Source: Scenedesmus sp. PABB004 (lineage: Eukaryota). From it: a stretch of DNA of 64,000 bases. This document shows positions 24,942 through 37,072 of this stretch, piece by piece. The stretch is from assembly GCA_014905635.1 (NCBI GenBank), contig CM026548.1, positions 1,054,001 through 1,118,000 of the forward strand, read 5' to 3'. How positions within the stretch are numbered: the stretch's first letter is position 1; every line of letters starts with the position of its first letter. The notes under the pieces were generated by a model. It saw nothing but the letters and a program-made list of their open reading frames with translations, did no database searches and was not told the origin of the DNA. A program made the position numbers and the translations under genes.

Positions 24942-25511
24942 ATGAAGCTGATCGCGCGGCCCTCCGGCGGCTCCGACGACGCAGACAGACGCGGCAGGTA
25001 GTTTGCCTATGGCAGAGGGGGCGGAGCACTGAGCGCAGCTTGATCAGGCGGGTGGCGTGTTGTGTAGAGTTGGACGCGTGCATTTGACCAGCGTCGGCGC
25101 GGCTGTGCAGATTGCAGGCGGCCGCGCATCGGCGCCTGTCGCACTCTCGGGGGCGGTGGCTTGACCAGGTCGAAAGGCGGCGGGCTGGGCGCCCGGATCG
25201 GCGGCGTGCGCGTTTTTGGGCAGCCAGCGCTGCTCTGGCTGTGCAACAGGGTCCACCTCCACGGCGCGCGCGCCGTTCGTGAGCCGCGCGTCCGTCGCGT
25301 GGCAGCGGTTTCGCCGCCGTGCCCTGATCGGCGCCGCGAGGGGTGCGCGGCGCCGATTAGCCCCGTGCGCGCACACCGCTCCTTGCCACTTTCGCTGCCA
25401 GGTCGTGAGCAGCAGCGCCGCAGGGCTCGCCGACGCCTGCTCCCAAGCACCCTCGCCACCTCTCGCCCCGTGCCCGCCCCGCCCCGCGGCCCGGACGCTC
25501 GCACAGGCGTC

Positions 25512-26658
25512 ATGGGCAACCTGGTCAGCGGGCCGCCCAAGAACAGCAGGCACGGACGGCGCGGCAGCGGCGCCGGCGCCGCAGCGCGGCCGGCCCTGAC
25601 GCCTCACAACCCCCCACCCGGCCCCTCAGGGCGACCATCACCGACCATGATCGCGCCGTGCTGTCCCTCAAGGCGCAGCGCAAGAAGCTGGAGGACCAGG
25701 GCAAGCTGGTGCGCGCCGCCGCTCCGCGCCGCGCCGCTGCGCCCGCGCGGCGCCGGCGCCCGACAGCGCCGGCGCCGCCCCGCAGCTGGAGAAGCGCGCG
25801 GAGCAAAACCTCGCGGCGGCGCGGGAGCTGCTGGCGGGCAAGAAGAAGGAGCGCGCGCTGCTCGCGCTGCGGCGCAAGCGGCTCGCCGACAACCAGCTGG
25901 CCAGCATCCAGGCGTACCTGATGAACCTGGAGGACATGGTGTGCCCCGCCGCCGCCGCAGCTGGGCCGCCGCCGCTGCCGGGCCGCAACAGGGGGCCCAG
26001 GGCGGGCGGCGGGCGGCGCCCGACCGGCAGCGCGCACGACTGCCGCCGCCGCCCGCCGGTGCGCGCAGCTGTCCAACATGGAGCTCACGAAGCAGCAGTC
26101 GGGCGTGGTCGCGGCGCTGGCGCAGGGCAACGAGGCGCTGAAAAAGGCGCAGCAGGAGGTGCGGCGGCGGCCGCGCGCGCGCGCCGGGGCGGGGCCGCGG
26201 CGCGCCCGCCGAGCCGCCGCGCCCGACCGCCGCCGCGCCCGCCGCGACTCGCCCCAGCTGCCGCTGGACGACATCCAAAAGCTCATGGATGACACTGCCG
26301 AGGCAAAGGAGTACCAGGCGCGGCGCGCGGCGGCGCCGCGCGCGCCGGCGCGCAGCAGCGGCCGGGCCCGCGCGCGGCGCCCGCTCACAGCCCCGCCGCC
26401 CGCGCCGCGCAGGACAAGGTCCAGGAGGCGCTCAGCCAGCGGCTGAACGCGGAGGACGACGCGGCAGTCGAGGCGGAGCTCGCGGCGCTCGAGGCGGCCG
26501 CGGCGGACGAGGAGGCGGCGAAGCTCGCTGCGGCGCTGCCGACCGCGCCGGCCGTGCCGGAGGCGGCGGAGGAGGCGCTGCCGTCGGTGCCGAGCGGGCA
26601 GGCAGCGGGCGCGGCGGCGGCGGAGCGCGAGCTGGAGCAGCCGCTCGCGGCGTCGTGA
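25512..26658 (+). CDS. VPS20: ESCRT-III subunit VPS20/CHMP6 (Snf7 family)
   Basis: Myristoylation-type start MGNLVS, ITDHDRAVLSLKAQRKKL, KKERALLALRRKR, ALAQGNEALK, LDDIQKLMDDTAEAKEYQ and an acidic tail with LPSVP. Confidence 0.92.
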
Positions 26659-26986
26659 GGGGGCGGCGTGTGCGGCTGCGAATTGCAGCCTGCTGCGGGC
26701 CCTTGTACAGTACACGCGGAGGCGCCGAGCTCGGGCCGCGGCGGCGGTCGTCGTGAAACGCGGCGGCGCAAGCGCGCTTGTGCCGCCGCCGCACTCTGGC
26801 CGCGCAGGTCTCCCCCTGGGCCGCTTGCCGCTTGCCGCCCACCCCCGTGCCCACACCGCGCTCAGCCGACCCCAGCAGCAGCAGCAGCGCGCTCGTCGCC
26901 AACAGCAGCAGCAGCGCTGCGCCCCCGCCGCCGCCAGCCGCCCCCGCGCGCCACCCGCCTTTCTCCAGCGACGACGGCGAGCAGCC

Positions 26987-28849
26987 ATGGGGAAGGGCGG
27001 CACCAAGTTCGTGGCGGAGGCCATCGCGCACCGCGGGAGCAAGCCGAAGGCGTCGTACACGAACAAGGAGCTCAAGAAGAACATGGACAAATACCTCGAG
27101 ACGGGCGCCCACCCCGACCTCATGCGGGCGCTCGAGAAGGTGCGGCCGGGCGCGGCGGCGGCGGCGCTGCGAGCCGCGCCCGCGCGCCGGCGGCGCGCGC
27201 CGCCGCCGCTGCTGCCGCCGACGCGCGCCGCGCGGCGCCGCGCAGCCCAGCGCCGTCCTGGTGGCGCTGCCGGACGCCGACCCGCTGCGCCCGCACGTCT
27301 TCCTGGACCTCACGCTCGACAACCGGCCGCTCGGTGCGCTCGCGCCGGCGCGGCGAGCACTGCGCGGCAGCGCCCGGCCGGCCGCGGCGGGGCCAGCCAC
27401 ACGCGTGGGCGCACCGGCTCACCCGGCTCGCGCCGCAGGGCGGCTCGTGGTGGAGCTGTTTGAGGACCTCGTGCCGGCGGCGGCGCGGCACCTGCAGAAC
27501 CGCTGCATGCCCGGCGCGAGCGCGTCGCTGAGCGGCGCGACCTTCACCAAGCTGCTGCCCCGCTACGCCATGTTTGGCGGCAAGAGGTGCGCGGCGAGCA
27601 GGCGGGAGCAGGCCGCGCGAGGGGAGCGCGAGGGGCGCGCGCCCCTCGCGCTCCCCTCGCGCGCCGGCGGCGAGCGCTCCGGCGACCCGCGCGCCGCCGC
27701 CCGCGCGCCGCCGCAGCGCGACCGCGGCGCTGCCGCCGGGCGCGGTGCTGTCGCGCAACCCGCGCGTGCAGGCCAACGTGCGCGGCGCGGTCGCGGTGTC
27801 GCACGACGGCGCGGAGGTCGCGATCGCGCTCGGCAAGTCGCTCACCCTCGACGAGACGCACCAGGTCGGCGGCGGGGCTGTGCTCGCGCGGCGCCGGCGG
27901 CGGCGGCCGCGCGCGGACGCCCGCCCTCCCTCTCCCCCGCCCCCGCCCCGCGCACGCCCCGGCGCCGAACCGCGCCCCGCGCCGCCCCTGCGCCGCGCGT
28001 GCAGACTGTCGGCATCGTGCGGCGCGGCCTGGAGCACCTGGACCTGGTCGACGACGTGCCGCGCAGCCCCGACGACGCGCCGCTGATGCGCCTGCGCGTC
28101 GCAAAGTGCGGCGCGACAAACGCGCAGGTGCGGCGGCGGGCACGCGCGGCAGCGGCGGGCACGCGCGGCAGCGGCGGCGGCGGCGGCGGCACGGGGCGGC
28201 CGGCGCGCACGCGGAGGGCGGGGCGGCCGGCGCGGGCGCGCCGCGGGCCCGGCGTGCGGGAGTGGGCGTGAGCGTGAGCGGCGCCGCCGCCGCAGGGCGA
28301 CCACGAGTCCCTGGTCGAGGCCCTGGCCAAGGAGACGCCCGCCGAGGCGGCGGCGCGGCTGCAGCAGCAGAGCGCCGACACGCGCAACGCGGTCATGTGC
28401 GGCGCGGGGCGCGGGGCGCGGCGCGCGGGGCGCGGGGCGCGGGGCGCGGGGCGCGGCCCCGCGCGCCAGCCGCCGCCGCCCGCCGCTGTGCACGCGCCTG
28501 CTCACGCACGCGCGGCCGCCGCCGCGTCGACACGCGCCGCCGCAGGGACGCGCTGCAGGCGGGCATGAGCCAAAAGCGCTCCGCCGACGACGCGGGCCTC
28601 GGCCCCGGCAGCAGCGCGGCGGCTGCGGCAGGCGGCGGCGGCGGCACGGCGCCGGCGGGGCGGCAGCAGGCGGCCGGCGGCGCGGCCGGCGGCAGCGGCA
28701 GCGCGGCTGGCGGCGGCCCGGGCCCCAGCAGCAAGCGCACGAAGCTGCTGGACAGCCTGCTGGACGACCTGAGCGACGAGGGCAGCAGCGGCAGCGGCAG
28801 CGGCGACGGCGACGGCAGCAGCCAGGGCGGCGGCGAGGACGACGGCTGA
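26987..28849 (+). CDS. Divergent cyclophilin-like protein, probably PPIase-inactive and nuclear
   Basis: PHVFLDLTLDNRPLGRLVVELFEDLVPAAARHLQNRC and LDETHQTVGIVRRGLEHLDLV..LRVAKCG follow the cyclophilin fold ends. Basic N-terminus and an SKRTK/acidic tail. Confidence 0.75.
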
Positions 28850-28858
28850 CGCGCGTGG

Positions 28859-28863
28859 TTACA
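28859..28863 (-). promoter_or_regulatory. TGTAA poly(A) signal of the convergent kinase gene
   Basis: TTACA on the + strand about 220 nt downstream of the kinase stop. Confidence 0.55.
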
Positions 28864-28893
28864 AGAGCTCAAGTTCGGTCCCGCAGGCCCGGG

Positions 28894-28898
28894 TGTAA
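28894..28898 (+). promoter_or_regulatory. TGTAA poly(A) signal of the cyclophilin-like gene
   Basis: TGTAA 45 nt after the stop codon. Confidence 0.6.
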
Positions 28899-29081
28899 CC
28901 CCTCTCCCCTTTGAATTTTCAGTGCCGTGCGCGGCGTGGTGCCGCGCGGCAAAAAGCCGACGAGCTGCGCAGGAAGTAGTTTGGTGCTGGCAACAACAGG
29001 CACGCGGCCCCATTCTTCAGCTGACCAAGAGCAGTTCCAGAGTTGGTGCCGCGCGGCCACGGACCTGCTGCCGCTGCTGGC

Positions 29082-31774
29082 TCACCTGCGCGCCGCCGCG
29101 GGCGCGCCGCCGTCGGCGAGGAATGGGTGCGCGAGCAGCTGCGCCGCGGTCGGCCGCGCCGCGGGGTCGCGCGTGAGCGCCGCCGACAGGAAGTCGACCG
29201 CGGCGGGGCTGAGGTGGCCCGGGTACACGAGCGTGCGGTGCAGGATGGCCTGCAGCACGCCCGCGGCGGTGTCGGCGGCAAACGGCGCGCGGCCGGTGAG
29301 CAGCTCAAAGCACACCACGCCCGCGCTCCACACGTCGACCTTGGCGTCGTAGCCCGGCCGCGCCGCCGCCTCGGCCGGCGACTTGCCCTCAAACGGACTC
29401 GCCTGCGCGCCGCGGCGTGAGGTGAGGCGGTCGGCCGGCCGATCCCACGTGGCCGGCGCGGCTCGGCACCGCCGTGCCCCCGGCGCCGGCCCTCCCAACC
29501 GCGGCGCCACGTTGACCGCCCCGTCCCTCTCCCTCAAGACGCGCCCCGGGCGCGGAGGCCGCACCTTGAGCGGGAGCGCGAGCACCTCCGGCGCAAAGTA
29601 TCCCGCGGTGCCGAGGCGCGTGTTGGCGGGCTCGGCCGCCGCGTCGATCGCGAGCCCAAAGTCAGCGAGCTTCACGCCGCCGCAGCGCCCGAGCAGCACG
29701 TTCTCCAGCTTGATGTCCCTGCGGGGCGGGGGGCGGGGGGGGGGGGCGGTGTGAGGCGGGGCGGGGCGTGCCGGGTGAGTGGAAATGGACCGCGATGGGG
29801 GGCACGCGGGCGCGCGTGACGAGGGACGTGGCGCGGGCGCGGGCGCGGGCGCGGGTGCGGGCCGTCTCGCGGCGCACCGGTGGATGATGCCCTGGCTGTG
29901 CAGGTAGGCCAGCGCGCCGACGAGCGGCCGGATCACGCGCGCCGCGGCGGCGGCCTCGTCCAGGCGGCGCGGCGTGCCCTGCGCCCGGCCGGCCGCGGCG
30001 GCGGGCGCGCTCGGTCAGTCGCGCGCGCGCCGGCGCGCGTCGGGCATCGCTCAAGGTCAAAGTAAAAGTCAAACATCAAGTCAAACATCAAGGCAAACAT
30101 CAAGTCAAAAAGTCAGCCGCGCGCACCGCGGGCACGGCGGGCAGGGACATGAGCATCTGGTAGAGGTTGCCCGACGGCGCCAGCTCCATCAGCAGGTACA
30201 CGTGACCCCCGTCCTTGTAGGCGCCGTACAGCTCCGCGATCGCGGGGTGCCGCGCGCGCATGTGCAGCGACACCTCGCGTGCGAGCTGGCGGGCGGGCGG
30301 GCGGCGGCGGAGCGGCGCGGGGGCAGGTGAGGCGCGGGCCGGGGCGCGCCCCGAGGCGCAGCGGCGGCCGCGCCGGCGAGCGAGCGGCCCGTGACGCGGT
30401 GCGGCGCCGCGCGCGCCTGCCCCCAGGTGCGCAGCGCGGCGGTCACGGCACGCGCACCTGGAATCGCTCCATGACGCCGAGCGCTGCGCGGGTGTAGACC
30501 TTGAGCGCGAGCGGCCGCCCGCTCGGCGCGTGGGCGCCCGCGGCGACGAGCGCGACGCGGCCCTCGTACACCACGCGCGCGCGCGCAAACAGCGACGGCT
30601 GCCTGGGGTGCGCCGGGCGGCGGGGCAGAGCGGGTCGCGGCCGTGGCGGCGGCGGCGGCGGTGGGCGGCGGCGTCAGTGTGTTGACGGGGCAGAGGGCGG
30701 CAGGGGACGAGGGCTGCGGCGCGGCGGCGGCGCCATGGCGGCGGCGCACCAGTTGCGCGCGTCGATGTCTGGCGGGCAGTGCCGCGCCACGGCGATGGGC
30801 GTCACGAGCTGCTGGGCGGCCGCGCCCGGGGCCGCGGCCGCACGTTGCGGCGGCGGCGGCGCCGCGGCGGCAGGCGGCGGCGGCTCGCGCAGCTGCGGGG
30901 GCGTCGCCGGCGCGGCGGGCGCGCCCGGCGGCTGCTTCGCGGCGGCGGGGCTGCTCGCCCTCGGGCCGGCCGCAAGCGCGCCGCCCGCGAGGCCGGCCGG
31001 CGCGCACAGGCTGCCCACGGACAGCGCGGACAGCGAGTGCCGCAGCACGCCCGGCCGCGCGCGCTGCGGCGACGAGCCGCCCGCCGGCGGCCGCGGCCGG
31101 AAGGGGCTGCTGCTGCTGGCGCTGGAGCTGGCGCTGCCGCAGCTGGTGAAGCTGGTCGTGTCCTGCTGGCCGCCCCGCGGCCACTTCGCGGCCGCCGCCG
31201 GCGCCTGCTGGCCGTGCGCCACGCGCTGCTGCAGCTCCGCCCACGCCGCCGAGAGCTGCATCATCGGCGTGCACGCGCCAGAGCCGCCCGCCTGCTGCTC
31301 GGCGGCCGGCGCCGCGCTGCGCTGCGCGCCCTTCTGCTTGCCGGCGCCGCCCGGCGCCGCCACGGCCGCCGCGCACGTCGCGTCTCCGGCCTCGGCGTGC
31401 CACTGCTCCACCGGCGGCAGCCCCGCGCCCTGCTGCTCGCCGTCTGCCAGCGCTGGCAGGCCATCCGCCGACGCCGCGCGCCGCGCCCAGCGCCGGCGCG
31501 GCGCGGGCGTGGCGGGTGCGGCGGCCGCCTGGGAGCCCTCGCACAGGATGCTGTGCGGCGGCGGCGGGGCGCCGGCCGCGCGGCGCAGGATGCGGGAGAG
31601 CACCGACGGCCGGCCGCCCCGTCCGCCGGCGGGCAGCGCGACGCAGCAGCCGCTGCTGCTGCTGCAGCAGCTCCCGCCGCAGCTGCCGCCGCCGCCGCCG
31701 GCGCCGACGGCGCTCGGCGGCCGCGGGCTGGGCGCGCCGCGGGGCGCGGCGTCGAGCGCGCCGGCCGCTGCCAT
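29082..31774 (-). CDS. Ser/Thr protein kinase, chlorophyte Aurora-like family, with a long low-complexity N-terminus
   Basis: LALKVY, AREVSLH, HPAIAELYGAYKD..YLLMELA, YLHSQGIIHRDIKLEN, LADFGLAID, TRLGTAGYFAPE, KVDVWSAGV, RPTAAQLLAHPF. The start codon is uncertain. Confidence 0.88.
30051..30114. repeat. AT-rich 12-bp tandem repeat (GTCAAACATCAA) in a kinase intron
   Basis: Three near-perfect units plus degenerate GTCAAA flanks. Confidence 0.85.
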
Positions 31775-32596
31775 CGTGGCGCCGCTCAGCGCATCGCTCT
31801 GCGGCACGCCAGGAGAGCGGTGTGAGCGTTTGGGGCAGCTCAGCGGCGCGCAGTAGCCGCCTGCAGCGGCCACGGCGTCGCGGTCGGCGGCGTCCCGCGC
31901 GCTCTCACCCGCTCGCCGCCCGCTGCGCGCCCGGCGGCCGTCGCGGCTGGCCACGCCTGCGCCTCCAGGGCGCAGGTGGACTGCGTGCACCCCAGCGCGG
32001 CGGGCGGGGGGGCCTGCTGCGGGCCCGCGAGCTCGGGCGGGGGAGTGCCGCGCTGCTGCTGGGCGGCGTTTGCGGCCCTGGGGGCCGTGAGCTGCGGCTG
32101 GCACGCTGGTCGGTCGCGCGTGAGCTCGAAGAGTGCGGTCGAACCACCGCGCCGGGGCGGGGGGCGAGCCCCGAGGCGAGCGCGGCCGCGGTAGGCCGCG
32201 CGCGGGCAGCACGCGGGCGGTGCGCTACCGGCGGTCCAGCTGGTGCGTGGGGTGAGCGCCAAGGCGAGAAAACCAACTCAACGCGGCAATGCACAGCCCG
32301 GCGCAGGCGCGCCGAGCACGGCGTGCGGCGCGCTGGCCGCCGCGCTGACCGGCCGCCGCCGGCGGCACCTGTCGTCGATCTAAAGCCTCGCATGCCTGGG
32401 TGGCGTTGATCGCACGCACCTCACTTCGTGAGCAGTGGACGCGTGGACGCTGCGCACGGGCGCGCGGCCGCGGTTTGAGGAGGGCCAGCGCGTCTGCTGA
32501 GCAGCACACCGCCCGCCGCTCGGCGGTCTGCGATCGCTGTGCTGCCGTCTCCTCGCTCGCTCCTCCCGCACGCCGCGCACCGCCCGGCAGCTCGCG

Positions 32597-34060
32597 ATGG
32601 CCTGCAGCAGCGCCCTCCGCGCCCGCGCCGGGGCCGGGGCCGGCCTGGGCGCGCCTCGCGCGACCGCGCCGGCCAGGTGGGCCTGCCGGAGGCCACGCCG
32701 CGCGAGCAGGGACGGCGCATGGCGTGAGCGCCGCTCACCGCTGCTGCTGCTGCCGCCGCCGCCGCAGGCCCCAGCGGCGCGCCGTGGCCGCGCAGGCGCT
32801 GTTCGGCTGGTGCGCCGGGGGCGCGCGGGAGGGGCGCCGGCGCGCCGCGCCCGCGTGCCGCGCCGCGCGCGCCGCCCGAGCGGCGCTCTCGCAGACGCGC
32901 AGCTTTCGCCGCGCCGCGCCGCTCGCTCGCTCGCTCGCCGCTCAGGGGGAAGCCCAAGGAGCCCAAGGACGACTACCGTGCGTACGAGAAGGAGGAGATG
33001 TTCCGCGCGCAGCAGGAGCTGCTGGAGGCGCGGCGCGCGGGCAAGGCGCTGCAGGGCGCGAACGACCGCCGCCGCAAGGTCGCGGTGCGTGCGCGCGCGC
33101 ACGGGCGCACGCGGGCGCGCGAGGGGGGCGCGCCCTCGACGCGGCGCGCCGCGGCGCCGCGCGCGCGGCCGCAGGAGACGGTCGCGGAGCGCAAGGCGGC
33201 GCGCAAGGCAGAGCGCGACGCGCTCGCGCGCGGCGAGATGCCCGACACGCTCAAGAACTGGCGGGTGCGGCGACGCGGCGCGTGCGCGGGAGGGAGGGAG
33301 GCAGGGAGGCAGGGGCAGCGCGGCAGCGCCCGGCCGCCGCCGCTGCCGCGCGCGGGCGGGCCCGCCCAGCGCTCGCGCCGCGCCCGCGCCGCCCTGTCCC
33401 CCCCTCCTGGCGCTGGGCCGCACCGCAGAACTATAAGAAGGAGGACGAGAACGTCACCAGCGGGTGCGGCCCGCCCCCACGCACAACGCGCGCGCGCGTG
33501 CGGGTGGTCCGGGAGCGACCGCCGCACTGACTGCGCCGCGCCGCCGCGCCGCCGCGCCGCGCCGCGCAGCGTCGTCGTGCCGCTGCTGCCGTTTGGCATG
33601 CCCAAGTTTGACGCGGGCGAGCGCTTCGACCTGCGCAGCCCCTACGCCGACGACGGCTGGGTCGACCCCGACGAGACGGGTGCGCGCCGCGCCTGCCATG
33701 CCGCACCTGGCCGCGCGCCGCGCCCGGCCCTGCCGCACCTGCTGCGCCGCACCTGGCTGCGTGCCGCGCCTGCCGTGCCGCGCCTGGCTGCGCGCCGCGC
33801 GCCGCGCGCCGCGCCGCGCGCCGTGCTGCGCACCTCCTGTGCCGCCGTCGGCGCCTCGCGCGCCGCCGACGGATGCGCCGCGCCGCCCGCCCGGCCGCGC
33901 AGACGCGTGGGCGGGGTTTAAGAAGATCGGCGAGAAGCTGCTCAACTTCAGCGGCAAGACCAAGCCCCAGGAGGTCAAGCCGATCGTGTGGGCCAGCAAC
34001 TACAACAAGTGGGCCGCGGAGCAGCGCGCCGCGAAGCAGCAGCAGGGCAAGAAGCAGTGA
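32597..34060 (+). CDS. Probable plastid-targeted protein of unknown function
   Basis: Transit-peptide-like start, then ALFGW, YEKEEMFRAQQELLEARR and VVVPLLPFGMPKFDAGERFDLRSPYADDGWVDPDE. Exons are joined by GT-AG introns; TGA at 34058-34060. Confidence 0.75.
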
Positions 34061-34630
34061 GAGAAGAGCGGGAGTTTTGGCTTGCCCCCGGTGCCGAAAG
34101 GGGGCAGTTTTGTGGTCGGTCGGTCGTGACGCCGCGCGCGGCAGCGAGTGAGCTCGAGCGTGTCGACGCCGCCCGCGCACGTGTCAAGCGGCGCGCGCCG
34201 CCTGGCGCCCCGCTCGCGGCGCGCGCGCGGTCGACGAGTGAGTGCGGACATAGTGGTGTGGTCTGGCCTGGTGGTGCTGCCTGTGTTCAACGTTCGGTCT
34301 GGGCCCGAGTGCTGCGCTGGGTCGGCAGTCGCGGCGAGGGGTCGGCCGCGGCGGCGCCTGGCGTCGCGCGGGAGGTAACGGGCGCTCGTGGTCGCTCCTT
34401 GCCCACGAGCGACTCGAGCAGGGCGAGGGCGGCGAAGGCGGCCGGCGGACAGGGCTCTCCCGCGCTGCGCCCCGCCGCCGCCGCTCTGCTGCCGGCGCCG
34501 CCCTTCCCGGCGCCGCAGACCCGGCCGAGTCGAGCGCCCCCCGATCGCGAGGGCAGCCCACGCAGCCGGGCAGTGCGCCGGGCCGTTCCTCGCTGCTGCT
34601 GCGCCCGTGAGGCCGCCCCATCGCGCGGCC

Positions 34631-36641
34631 ATGGCGCTCCGGCAGGCCGGCGGCCTGCTGCAGCGCCTCGCCGCGGCGCCGCTCGCGGAGGGCCTGGGCA
34701 GCAGCGCGCTGCAGGCGGGCGGCCTGCTCGGGTGAGCCCCGGGGGCGCGCGCGGCGGGGGCGCGAGCTCTGTCGACGGGGCGCGGCGCTCCGCGTCCCAC
34801 GCGCGCCGCGGCGGGCGCTTGGGCGGGGGATCGGGCGGGGACGGCGCGGCCATCCCGATCTCGCTGCTGCCGCGCAGGAGCGAGGCCCTGGCGGGCGTGC
34901 GCCACGGCTCCAACCAAGCAGGTGCGGTGCTGAAGCTGCGGGGGAAGCCCCGGCCGGCGGCCGGGGGGCAGCGCTGGCGGCGGCGCCGGCGGCGCCGGGC
35001 GGGCGCGCGCCGCCGCCCCGGCAACGCCCGCCCGCCGCCGCCCGGCGCGAGCGCAGTCAAGCAGCGCATCAGGGCCATCAAGAACATCGGCAAGATCACC
35101 AAGGCCATGAAGATGGTTGCCGCGTCGAAGATGCGCAACGCGCAGGCGGCGGTCGAGAACAGCCGCGGCATGGTCGAGCCCTTTGTCCGCCTCTTCGGTG
35201 ACTATCCAGGTGTGCTTGGCCGCCCGCCGCGGCGGCAGCTGCCCTCCCCCCCCCCCCCCCGCACCCCAGCCTGGCGGCCGCCGATGCAGCAGCGGCAGCC
35301 GGCGGCGCGGCGGGAGCAGCAGCGGGCGCGGCGGCGGCCGCGAACCGCCCGCGCCCCGCGCGCGCGCCCGCAGGCGTCGACCCGCCGCGCACGGTCACGG
35401 TCGCGGTCACGTCGGACAAGGGCCTCTGCGGCGGCCTGAACAGCAACATCACCAAGTACACCAAGACGCTGCTCAAGATGTACAAGGGCGGTGCGTTGCA
35501 CATGCCCGCACGCGCCGGCGCGGCGCGGCGCGGGGCGGGAGGGGCGGGAGGAGCCGCCGCGGCGCCGCGGCGGCGCCGCGGCCGGGCGGCGGCGCCGAGC
35601 GGCCGCGCCGCGCCGCGCCGCAGAGGGCGCGGCCGAGGCGGACAAGCAGACGCTGTTCACGATCGGCGACAAGGGCCGCGCGCAGCTGCAGCGCGTCGCG
35701 CCGGAGCAGATCCGCGTGAGCGTGGCCGACACCTACAAGGACAAGGTCACCTTCAGCCAGGTGCGGCCGCGCAGCGCGGACGCCGCGCGCGCGGCACGGC
35801 ACGCCGTGCGCCGCCGCCCGCGCGCCGCGCCGCCGCGCCCGCGCCCCACGCGCCCCGCCCGCGCGCGGCGCCCTCCCGCCGCGCGCCAGGCGTCGCTGAT
35901 CGCGGAGGAGGTGCTGCGCCAGCAGGGCGACGTGACGCGCGTGCTGTTCAACAAGTTCCACTCCGCGATCAGCTTCAAGCCCACGATGGCCACCGTGCTC
36001 GGCGCCGAGGTGCGGCGCGCCCTCCGCCGCGCGCAGCTCCCCGCCTGGGGCCGCCCCGCGCGAACGCCCCCCCCCCCCCACCACACCCACCCACACACCC
36101 ACCCACCCACACACCGGCGCGGCGCTGCCCCGGCGCAGGCGATCGAGCGCCAGCTCGCGGGCGAGAGCGGGAGCAAGCTGGACGTGTATGAGCTCGAGGT
36201 CGCCAACGAGCGCGGCGACGCGCTGCAGGACCTCGCCGAGTTCCAGCTCGCCACGGTGCGGGGCGCGGGGCAAGACGCGCGCGCGCCGCGCCCGGGCGGC
36301 GCCGCGCGCTGCCGGGGCCGGCGGCGCCGCGCCCTCGGCGGCGCGCCTGGTCGGCCTGCACGCCCACGCCCGCCCGCGCGCACGCCCACGCCCGCCCGCG
36401 CGCCCACGCCCGCGCCCGCGCGCGCGCGCACGCTGCCGCGCAGACGCTGTACAACGCGATGCTGGAGAACAACTGCAGCGAGCACGCGAGCCGCATGTCG
36501 GCGATGGAGAACAGCAGCAAGAGCGCGGGCGAGATCCTCGACCGCCTCACGCTGCAGTACAACCGCGACCGCCAGTCGACGATCACCAACGAGCTCATCG
36601 AGATCATCTCCGGCGCCGCCGCGCTCGAGGAGAGCGGCTGA
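34631..36641 (+). CDS. ATP3: Mitochondrial F1-ATP synthase gamma subunit
   Basis: VKQRIRAIKNIGKITKAMKMVAASKM, VTSDKGLCGGLNS, IGDKGRAQL, FNKFHSAISF, SEHASRMSAMENSSKSAGEILDRLTLQYNRDRQSTITNELIEIISGAAAL. No plastid Cys-regulatory insert. Confidence 0.96.
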
Positions 36642-37072
36642 GCGCCGCCAGCGGCGGCGGCGCGCGCGCTGGGCGGCGGGCGCGGGGGAGTAGCGCAGGG
36701 GGCGGCGGCGCGCCGCGCGGGGCGCGGCGCCGCCGTGTGTTTAACAACCTTGGCCTCAGAGGGAGCCGCGCGCCGCCCCGCTGCGCACGGCGGCGGGCGC
36801 CCGCGCCGCCGCGGCGGTCGGGCGGCGCGCGCGGCGGTCACCGGCGGCGGCGCCGCCGGGCCCAGACTCCTGCCAGGAGGCCCTGAGATCGAAAAGGTCA
36901 GCGCGAGCACGCGCTGGCGCCGTTTGGGGCATGATCTGCCTGTGCCTGTTACACCGCCGTCGCCCCATGCTGCTTGCGTGCCCCAGCCCCCGCCACAACG
37001 CGCGCAGTCGCGGCATGCCCATCGGACGCTGCTGAGCGGGCACACGCGCGCAGTGCAGAGAGCGGCAGCAGC

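Noticed and set aside
36949..36953. Minus-strand TGTAA between ATP3 and CHLD, suggesting a hidden antisense gene
   Set aside because: No minus-strand coding signal lies upstream. A single 5-mer is expected by chance.
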